Assembly: GCA_964522695.1 (NCBI GenBank)
Contig: CAZFWX010000001.1
Coordinates: 1,517 to 65,516, forward strand
Reading direction: 5' to 3'
DNA length: 64,000 nt
DNA from: an uncultured Desulfobacterales bacterium
GTDB taxonomy: Bacteria; Desulfobacterota; Desulfobaccia; Desulfobaccales; 0-14-0-80-60-11
Shown in pieces: positions 57,205 through 64,000 of the stretch. The first letter of the stretch is position 1; each line of letters begins with the position of its first letter. Made by a program: the position numbers and the translations under genes. Below the pieces are notes generated by a model. That model searched no databases. It had not been told where the DNA came from and saw nothing but the letters and a program-made list of their open reading frames with translations.

Positions 57205-57217
57205 AATCAATGAGTTG
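57205..57217 (+). promoter_or_regulatory. IHF-consensus match AATCAATGAGTTG (WATCAANNNNTTR) between the candidate UAS and the sigma-54 promoter
   Basis: Exact match to the consensus as I recall it. Sits in an AT-rich tract. Confidence 0.35.
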
Positions 57218-57330
57218 ACAATTATTTTCGATCTTTGCCGGTAATTACGCCACCTTTCCCCTCCCCTCCCAACCATCAGATTTATGGCTAATTAACTATT
57301 TTTCCTAATATTTTCGTCTCAATGACTGCC

Positions 57331-57346
57331 AGGCACGCCCTTTGCT
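57331..57346 (+). promoter_or_regulatory. Sigma-54 (-24/-12) promoter aGGCACGcccTTTGCT
   Basis: GG at 57332-57333 and GC at 57344-57345, giving the exact 12-nt register. Matches TGGCACG-N4-TTGCW at every position except the first T. The ATG at 57370 follows, preceded by RBS AAAGGAGAG. Confidence 0.6.
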
Positions 57347-57369
57347 CATAAAGAGGCCCAAAGGAGAGA

Positions 57370-57804
57370 ATGGCGAAAGTCGGCGCAAACAGGATGGGGC
57401 GTGCAACGAAAGGTGGTGAGGCCATGGCGACATGCAGCACGGTTCTGATTGCCGAACCCGGGGATCATCTGACCGGCGGCCTGCGGCTGTGGGTGCGCGA
57501 CAACGGGCATCAGCTTCTCACCGTGGACAAATTCACGGATCTCCTCATCACCTTGCAGCGGGAAAAGGTCAGCGTTCTGGTCATGGACGTGCGCCTCTCC
57601 GAGGGACATGGGTATGAAGCCATCTCCATCATCAAGGGGTTGTGTCAGAAACTGCCCATCATCATCTGCGCCGCGGAAAACAACCCGGAACAGGAGGCCC
57701 TCATCCGCCAGAAAGGCATCTTCTATTACCACGTCACGTCGTTCGGCCTGGAAGAACTGATGATGGCCATTTCCAACGCCCTGGGGCGGGCCGCGCACGT
57801 CTGA
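57370..57804 (+). CDS. Stand-alone CheY-like receiver-domain protein
   Basis: VLIAEPGD..VLVMDVRLSEGHGYEAISIIK..PIIICAAE receiver pattern. Confidence 0.7.
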   Translation: MAKVGANRMGRATKGGEAMATCSTVLIAEPGDHLTGGLRLWVRDNGHQLLTVDKFTDLLITLQREKVSVLVMDVRLSEGHGYEAISIIKGLCQKLPIIICAAENNPEQEALIRQKGIFYYHVTSFGLEELMMAISNALGRAAHV

Positions 57805-57815
57805 AGGGAGACCCC

Positions 57816-58685
57816 ATGCAACTGGAACCCAAACTGGCAAAAGGGGAATTTGTCATTCTGGCGGAGATGGAGCCTCCCAAAGGGGCAGACGTCTCCGAAA
57901 TGGTGGGCCATGCCCTGGCCGTCAAAGGCCGGGTGGACGGCTTTGTGGTGCCGGAGATGAGCAGCGCGGTGATGCGCTTGAGCTCCCTGGGCGGGGCCAT
58001 GCTCCTGGCCAACCGGGGCTTGACCTCAGTGATGCAGGTCTGCTGCCGGGACCGCAACCGCCTGGCCCTGCAGGCGGACCTCCTGGCCGCCAACGCCCTG
58101 GGCATAGAGAACGTCATGGCCGTGACCGGCGATGACATCACCTTTGGCGACCACCACAAGGCCCGGCCGGTGAATGACCTGGACCTGATGGAGCTGCTGG
58201 GGGCCCTCAAGACCCTCATGTCCGGCCGGGATCTGGCCGGCATCGAGCTCAAGGGCGCGCCCCGGTTCTTCGTGGGGGCCCTGGCCAACACCGGAGCCAA
58301 GGCCCTGGACCTGGAGCTGGCCGACCTGGACCAGAAGGTGGCCGCAGGGGTGCGCTTCTTTCTGACGCCCCCGGTCTTTGACCTGGCCGTCCTGGAACGC
58401 TTCCAGAAGCGCCTGGCCGGCGCCGGCGCCTATCTCATCCCCACCGTGCTCCTGCTCAAAAGCGTGGGCATGGCCCGGTACCTGGACCGCCATATCGAGC
58501 AGGTCAGCGTTCCCGCCGCGGTCATCGACCGGCTCCAGAAGGCCCCGGAGCGGGTGCGGGAGTGTGTGGCCATCGCCGGGGAACTGGTGGCCGGCGTCCG
58601 GGATATGGGGCTAAGCGGCGTCAACCTGTCCACCATCGGCTGGGAAGACAAACTCCCGGCCGTGCTCGCGGCCGCGGGTCTGTAA
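57816..58685 (+). CDS. metF: Methylenetetrahydrofolate reductase (MetF, acetogen/sulfate-reducer type)
   Basis: FVILAEMEPPKG..CRDRNRLALQADLLAANALGIENVMAVTGDD..FFLTPPVFD motifs. RBS GAAGGGAG. Confidence 0.85.
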   Translation: MQLEPKLAKGEFVILAEMEPPKGADVSEMVGHALAVKGRVDGFVVPEMSSAVMRLSSLGGAMLLANRGLTSVMQVCCRDRNRLALQADLLAANALGIENVMAVTGDDITFGDHHKARPVNDLDLMELLGALKTLMSGRDLAGIELKGAPRFFVGALANTGAKALDLELADLDQKVAAGVRFFLTPPVFDLAVLERFQKRLAGAGAYLIPTVLLLKSVGMARYLDRHIEQVSVPAAVIDRLQKAPERVRECVAIAGELVAGVRDMGLSGVNLSTIGWEDKLPAVLAAAGL

Positions 58686-58710
58686 TCACTGTCGGCAAGA
58701 GGGCGGTATC

Positions 58711-61700
58711 ATGGCAGAATCACAGATGCAATCCAATCCTTCCACCCCTCCCACCGGTGCGGTCATGGTGGTGGGCGCGGGTATCGCCGGGGTGCAGGCG
58801 GCCCTGGACCTGGCCAAATCCGGCATTTTCGTCCACCTGGTGGAGAGCAAACCGGCCATCGGCGGGGTCATGGCCCAACTGGACAAGACCTTCCCCACCA
58901 ACGACTGCTCCATGTGCATCCTCTCGCCCAAATTGGTGGAATGCGGCCGCCATCTGAATATCCAGATTCATACCTTAACCGAAGTGCAGGACATCAGCGG
59001 AGAGCCGGGGCATTTCACCGTCAGCCTGACCAAGCACCCCCGCTATATCGACCCGGCCAAATGCACCGGCTGCGGCGACTGCACCAAGGTCTGCCCGGTG
59101 CTCATTCCGGATGAGTTCAACCAGGGACTGGCGGACTGGAAGGCCACCTACCGCCTTTATCCCCAGGCCATCCCGGCCGCCTTCGCCATCAAGAAGCTGG
59201 ACCGGGCGCCCTGCACTCTCACCTGCCCTGCGGAAATCAACGTCCAGGGCTACGTCCAGCTCATCAAGATGGGCAAATATGAAGAGGCGGTCAGGCTCAT
59301 CATGGAGCGCCTGCCGCTGCCCGGCGTTCTGGGCCGGGTCTGCCCGCACCCCTGTGAGGACCAGTGCCGGCGCAAGGACTTGGATGAACCCGTTTCCATC
59401 TGTTCCCTCAAGCGCTTCGCCGCAGACCAGGTGGATCTCGCGGCCATCAATCCGCCGCCCGTGGAGGCCCGGCCGGAGAGAATCGCCATCGTCGGCTCCG
59501 GCCCCGCGGGGCTGGCCTGCGCCTACCATTTGGCCCTTAGGGGCTACCGGCCCACCATCTTCGAGGCCCTGGACAAGCCCGGCGGCATGCTGCGGGTGGG
59601 CATCCCGGACTACCGCCTGCCCAAAGACATATTAGATAAGGAAATTGACAATATTCTGCGCCTGGGGGTGGAGCTCAAAACCAATACCGCCCTGGGCCGG
59701 GATTTCACCCTGGACGGCCTCTTTGACCAGGGCTACCAGTCAGTTTTCCTGGGTCTGGGCTGCCACCTGGGCAAACCCCTGGGCATCCCCGGCGAGGACG
59801 CGGACGGCGTGGTCCAGGGCGTGGATTTCCTGCGGCGTCAGAGTCTGGGCCAGCCCCAGCCCGTGGGGAAGCGCCTGGCCGTGGTGGGCGGCGGCAACGT
59901 GGCCATCGACGTGGCCTGCACCGCCCGGCGCCTGGGGTCGGACGTCACCATCGTCTACCGGCGCTCCCGGGAGGAGATGCCCGCGTTCCACCACGAAGTG
60001 GAGCAGGCCCTGTGCGAAGGCGTCAAGATCGTCTATCTGGCCGCGCCCCTGAAAGTCGTCGCCGGTCCTGACGGCAAGGTCACGGGGCTCTTGTGCCAGC
60101 AGATGGAGCTGGGCGAGCCCGACGCTTCGGGCCGGCGCAAACCGGTGCCCATCCCCGGCCAAGAGTTCGAACTGGCCGTGGACATGGTGGTGCCGGCCAT
60201 CGGCCAGGAAGCGGCGCTAACGGCCTTCCAAGACTGGGGCGTCAACGTCAGCAAGTGGGGCACCATCGAGGTGGACGAGGTCAGCTACCAGACCTCCCGG
60301 CCCGGGGTCTTCGCCGCGGGCGACGTGCACACCGGCCCCTGGATCGCCATCGAAGCGGTGGGGGGCGGCATCGAGGCCGCAGAATCCATTGACCGCTACC
60401 TCAAGGGCCTGGACCTCACCGCGGGCCGGGTCCTGGGCAAGGAGGCCCACCAGCGCTGGGCCGACATCCCCAAGGACGAATACGGCCAGTTGCGGGAGGA
60501 AATGCCCACTCTGCCGCCCGAGACCTCCTGCGCCTGCTTTGACGAAATTGCCCTCGGCTTCAGCGAAGCCCAAGCTCAAAAAGAGGCGGCCCGCTGCCTC
60601 AATTGCGGCATCTGCTCCGAATGCATGCAGTGCGTTATCGCCTGCCAGGCCAATGCCGTGGACCATACGCAACAGCCGGAGACGCTGAACGTGGAGGTGG
60701 GTTCCGTGATTCTGGCGCCGGGATTCAAGACCTTTGATCCGGCGCGCATGGCCACCTACGGCTACCTGACCCACCCCAACGTGGTCACCGCCCTGGAATT
60801 TGAGCGCATCTTATCGGCCAGCGGCCCCTTCGAAGGGCACCTGGTGCGGCCCAGCGACCACAAGGAACCCAAAAAGATCGCCTGGCTGCAGTGCGTGGGC
60901 TCAAGGGACGTCAAGACCCACTCGTATTGCTCGTCGGTATGCTGCATGTACGCCATCAAAGAGGCGGTCATCGCCAAGGAGCACGCCGACTACCCCCTGG
61001 ACTGCGCCATCTTTTTCATGGACCTGCGCACTTTCGGCAAGGACTTCGAGAAATACGCCAACCGGGCCCAGGATGAAGCCGGGGTGCGCTTCATCCGCTC
61101 CCGCATCCACAGCATCGACCCGGCCCCGGACGGAGGTTTGGCCCTGCAATACCTGGATGAAACCGGGGCCATTAAGACGGAAGACTTCGACCTGGTGGTC
61201 CTGTCCGTGGGCATGGAGATCACCGAGGACGTGAAAAGGCTGGGCGCCAAACTGGGGGTGGAGCTGAACAGCCACGCCTTCGCGTCCACCCATCCCTTTG
61301 CGCCGGTGGCCACCTCCCGGCCCGGGGTGTACGTCTGCGGCGCCATGGCCGGCCCCAAGGACATCCCAGAATCCGTCACCCAGGCCTCCGCTGCGGCCGC
61401 AGCCAGCAGTGCGCTCCTGGGCCAGTCCCGCTGGACCCTGACCCGCACCCGGCAGATCCCCGAACCCAAGGATATAACCGGCGAGCCCGCCCGGGTGGGC
61501 GTGTTCGTCTGCGACTGCGGCATTAACATCGCCAGTGTGGTGGATATTCCCAGGCTGTCCGAATACGCCCGGGGTCTGCCCCATGTAGTCTTTGTGCAGG
61601 AGAACCTCTTCACCTGCTCCCAGGACACCCAGGTGCAGATGCTCAAGGCCATCGAAGACCACAATATCAACCGGGTGGTGGTGGCCGCATGCACGCCCCT

Positions 61701-63150
61701 GACGCACGAGGCCCTGTTCCGGGAAACCCTGCTGGACGCGGGGCTGAACAAGTATCTCTTCGAGATGGCCAACATCCGCAACCAGGACTCCTGGGTGCAT
61801 ATGCATGAGAAGGAGGAGGCCACGGAGAAGGCCCAGGACCTGGTGCGCATGGCCGTGGCCCGGGCCACCCTGCTCAAGCCCCTGGTGGAGACGCCTCTGA
61901 CCATCAATCAGCGGGCCCTGGTGCTGGGCGGCGGGGTGGCGGGCATGAACGCCGCTTTGAACCTGGCGGATCAGGGTTTTGAAACCATCCTGGTGGAAAA
62001 GGAGCGGGAACTGGGGGGTCTCGCCCGCCGGGTGCACCATACTCTCGAAGGCATGGACGTGCAGGCCTACCTGGACGGCCTCATCGACCAAGTGAAAAGC
62101 CATGAGAAAATCCAGGTCCTCACCCAGGCCCTGGTGGTGGGCTACAGCGGCTACAAGGGCAACTTCGTGACGGAAGTCCTGGTGGGCCCCGGCATGTATG
62201 AACGCAAAATCGAGCACGGGGCCACGGTCATCGCCACCGGCGCGCAGGAGTACCGGCCCAAGGAATTTGCTTACGGCAGCCATCCCGGCGTCATGACCCA
62301 GCTCGAACTGGGCCAGATGGTGCACGAACAGAAGGATAAAGTGGCGGGCTGGCAGCGGGCCTTCTTCATCCAGTGCGTGGGCTCCAGAAACGAAGAGAAC
62401 CCCAACTGCAGCCGCATCTGCTGCCAGGGCGCGGTGAAGCATGCCCTGGAACTCAAAAAGCTCAACCCGGTCATGGAGGTGGTGGTGCTCTACCGGGATA
62501 TGCGCACCTACGGGCTCCAGGAGGACTACTATCTGGAGGCCCGCAACCAGGGGGTGCTCTTCTCCCGCTTCGATCTGGAGCGGCTCCCCCAGGTGAGCGA
62601 AGCCGGCGGGAAGCTCTCGGTGCAATTCCTGGACCACGTCCTGCAGATGCCGGTGAGCCTGCCCGCGGACGCGGTCATCCTGAGCGCGGCCACGGTGGCC
62701 GGCGATAACGAGGAGCTGGCCTCGCTGCTCAAGGTCCCCCGGGGCTCGGAAGGCTTTTTTATCGAAGCCCACGCGAAACTCAGGCCCGTGGATTTCTCCA
62801 GCGAGGGCATCTTCCTGGCGGGCAGCGCGCACAGCCCCAAGCTGGTCACGGAGAGCATCGCCCAGGCCCTGGCTGCGGCCTCCCGGGCCGGGGCGTTTTT
62901 AGCGGACACCAGCCAGACCATCAGCGGCGTCACTGCCTGCGTCACGCCGGACCGCTGCGCCGCCTGCCTCATCTGTGTGCGGGTCTGCCCCTTCAAGGTG
63001 CCGCAGATCAACCAGGATAATGTTTCGGAGATAAACCGGGCCCTGTGCCAGGGGTGCGGCATCTGCGCCTCGGAGTGCCCGGCCAAGACGATCCAGGTGT
63101 CCCATTACGAGGACGACCAGATTACCGCCAAGATCAAGGCGCTGTTTTAA
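58711..63150 (+). CDS. hdrA: Giant HdrA-like flavoprotein (1479 aa): two HdrA modules with an inserted GltD/NfnB-like NAD(P)H-binding module (HdrL-type)
   Basis: FAD motif VVGAGIAGVQAALDLA. Several CxxCxxCxxxCP clusters. GltD-like block PCTLTCPAEINV..GRVCPHPCEDQC..IAIVGSGPAGLACAYHL..VVGGGNVAIDVA. Two HdrA cores (CVGSRD..YCSSVCCMYAIK and CVGSRNEE..CSRICCQGAVK). Confidence 0.9.
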   Translation: MAESQMQSNPSTPPTGAVMVVGAGIAGVQAALDLAKSGIFVHLVESKPAIGGVMAQLDKTFPTNDCSMCILSPKLVECGRHLNIQIHTLTEVQDISGEPGHFTVSLTKHPRYIDPAKCTGCGDCTKVCPVLIPDEFNQGLADWKATYRLYPQAIPAAFAIKKLDRAPCTLTCPAEINVQGYVQLIKMGKYEEAVRLIMERLPLPGVLGRVCPHPCEDQCRRKDLDEPVSICSLKRFAADQVDLAAINPPPVEARPERIAIVGSGPAGLACAYHLALRGYRPTIFEALDKPGGMLRVGIPDYRLPKDILDKEIDNILRLGVELKTNTALGRDFTLDGLFDQGYQSVFLGLGCHLGKPLGIPGEDADGVVQGVDFLRRQSLGQPQPVGKRLAVVGGGNVAIDVACTARRLGSDVTIVYRRSREEMPAFHHEVEQALCEGVKIVYLAAPLKVVAGPDGKVTGLLCQQMELGEPDASGRRKPVPIPGQEFELAVDMVVPAIGQEAALTAFQDWGVNVSKWGTIEVDEVSYQTSRPGVFAAGDVHTGPWIAIEAVGGGIEAAESIDRYLKGLDLTAGRVLGKEAHQRWADIPKDEYGQLREEMPTLPPETSCACFDEIALGFSEAQAQKEAARCLNCGICSECMQCVIACQANAVDHTQQPETLNVEVGSVILAPGFKTFDPARMATYGYLTHPNVVTALEFERILSASGPFEGHLVRPSDHKEPKKIAWLQCVGSRDVKTHSYCSSVCCMYAIKEAVIAKEHADYPLDCAIFFMDLRTFGKDFEKYANRAQDEAGVRFIRSRIHSIDPAPDGGLALQYLDETGAIKTEDFDLVVLSVGMEITEDVKRLGAKLGVELNSHAFASTHPFAPVATSRPGVYVCGAMAGPKDIPESVTQASAAAAASSALLGQSRWTLTRTRQIPEPKDITGEPARVGVFVCDCGINIASVVDIPRLSEYARGLPHVVFVQENLFTCSQDTQVQMLKAIEDHNINRVVVAACTPLTHEALFRETLLDAGLNKYLFEMANIRNQDSWVHMHEKEEATEKAQDLVRMAVARATLLKPLVETPLTINQRALVLGGGVAGMNAALNLADQGFETILVEKERELGGLARRVHHTLEGMDVQAYLDGLIDQVKSHEKIQVLTQALVVGYSGYKGNFVTEVLVGPGMYERKIEHGATVIATGAQEYRPKEFAYGSHPGVMTQLELGQMVHEQKDKVAGWQRAFFIQCVGSRNEENPNCSRICCQGAVKHALELKKLNPVMEVVVLYRDMRTYGLQEDYYLEARNQGVLFSRFDLERLPQVSEAGGKLSVQFLDHVLQMPVSLPADAVILSAATVAGDNEELASLLKVPRGSEGFFIEAHAKLRPVDFSSEGIFLAGSAHSPKLVTESIAQALAAASRAGAFLADTSQTISGVTACVTPDRCAACLICVRVCPFKVPQINQDNVSEINRALCQGCGICASECPAKTIQVSHYEDDQITAKIKALF

Positions 63151-63160
63151 GGAGTGGCCC

Positions 63161-63613
63161 ATGGACGCGTTCCGACCGAAAATCCTGGCCTTTTGCTGCA
63201 TGTACTGAGCGTACTCGGCCGCGGACCTGGCAGGTTCGATGAGGCTGCAGTACCCCCCGGACATCCGCATCATTCAGGTGCCGTGCACCGGCAAGGTGGA
63301 CATCATCCACCTGCTCACGGCCTTTGAAGAGGGGGCGGACGGGGTTTTCGTGGCCGGTTGCCAGGAGGGCGATTGCCACTTCCTGGAAGGCAACCTGCAT
63401 GCCAAGAAACGGGTCCAACGGGTCAAGGAGATCCTGGAGAAGGTGGGCCTGGGCGCGGGCCGGGTGGAGATGTTTAACCTGTCCGCAGGCATGGGCCCCC
63501 GCTTTGCAGAAATCGCCCGGGAGATGGACGCGCGTATCAGGGAGATGGGCCCCAGTCCCATCCGGAAGGCCAAGCCCTCCCTCCCCCAGGCCGCCACGGA
63601 GGTGCGGGTATGA
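63161..63613 (+). CDS. mvhD: MvhD-like (methyl-viologen-reducing hydrogenase delta subunit family) protein with in-frame UGA at 63206-63208; probable selenoprotein
   Basis: ATG at 63161, with RBS AAGGAG 7 nt upstream. MDAFRPKILAFCCMY-UGA-AYSAADLAGSMRLQYPPDIRIIQVPCTGKVD is in frame with the track ORF 63239-63613. The UGA sits where the family has the second Cys of the F-x-C-x-W-C-S-Y-x-G-A-D motif. Confidence 0.7.
63222..63238 (+). other. Candidate SECIS-like hairpin 14 nt after the mvhD UGA (CGGACC-uggca-GGUUCG)
   Basis: 6-bp stem (one G-U pair) folded by hand. Confidence 0.3.
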
Positions 63614-64000
63614 TCAGGGCAGTGGGAAAACCGTTGGAAGAAGTGGTGGAAATGGTCCGGGAGCACCCCCGGGTGCTGGTGGCGGGCTGCGACGGCTGCG
63701 TCACCGTGTGCGAGGCGGGCGGCTTGAAGGAGGTCAAGGTGCTGGCCAGCGCCTTGCGCCTGTATTTCAACCAGGCCGAAGCTCCCAAGCAGATCGACGA
63801 AACCAGTCTCACCCGCCAGTGCGACAAAGAATACCTGGCCACCATCAGCGACAAGATTGACGGCTATGACGCCGTATTGTCCCTGGCCTGCGGCTGCGGC
63901 GTCCAGTTCATGGCGGATATGTACACCACCAAGCCCGTCTTTCCGGGGGTAGACACCACCTTTCTGGGCGTCACCGAGGAGCGGGGTCTGTACACCGAGC
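63610..64000 (+). CDS. metV: MetV (methylene-THF reductase C-terminal/zinc-finger domain protein), 3'-truncated by the window edge
   Basis: ATGA overlap with mvhD. VLVAGCDGCVTVCEAGG..LSLACGCGV Cys pattern. Confidence 0.75.
   Translation, partial: MIRAVGKPLEEVVEMVREHPRVLVAGCDGCVTVCEAGGLKEVKVLASALRLYFNQAEAPKQIDETSLTRQCDKEYLATISDKIDGYDAVLSLACGCGVQFMADMYTTKPVFPGVDTTFLGVTEERGLYTE

Noticed and set aside
1-64000. CRISPR arrays, tRNA/rRNA genes, transposases, integrases or recognisable defence systems other than higBA
   Set aside because: No regularly spaced direct repeats were seen; the GC hairpin repeats are irregular and in different spacers. I saw no tRNA-like T-arm/acceptor patterns and no transposase, integrase or reverse-transcriptase motifs in any ORF translation.

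Overview
High-GC (about 60%) chromosomal window that looks like an anaerobic Desulfobacterota/deltaproteobacterial-type genome; this is inferred from gene content (HdrA/MvhD/MetF/MetV, IcmF, PaaK+Liv clusters, selenoproteins), not from a search. All calls come from reading the supplied ORF translations for family motifs and from manual inspection of the DNA. No database search was run.

Content in order:
- 0.2-3.8 kb: five-gene secreted cluster with two Q/N-rich three-repeat proteins and a C39 peptidase. This is a Fap/curli-like functional-amyloid candidate and the best 'new system' lead.
- EF-hand lipoprotein.
- PilZ/Zn-ribbon sigma-54 activator.
- 1.5-kb non-coding gap.
- Decayed LUD-domain gene.
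- icmF.
- Signalling block, including an 1801-aa multi-PAS kinase.
- NCS2 permease, DUF1385-rpmE, a ChlI/ChlD-type chelatase subunit and higBA.
- 10-kb PaaK/ACT/Liv amino-acid uptake cluster.
- P-type ATPase.
- Tyrosine-rich low-complexity protein.
- Envelope redox/repair cluster: MsrAB, a rhodanese with an in-frame UGA (probable Sec), DUF547 and a transglutaminase-like protein.
- csoR-dsrE pair.
- Decayed FadL-like porin.
- metF / giant HdrA-GltD fusion / mvhD (in-frame UGA aligned to a conserved Cys) / metV operon, preceded by a textbook sigma-54 promoter architecture.

Several families of short GC-rich palindromic intergenic repeats are scattered through the window. No rRNA, tRNA or CRISPR array was seen.
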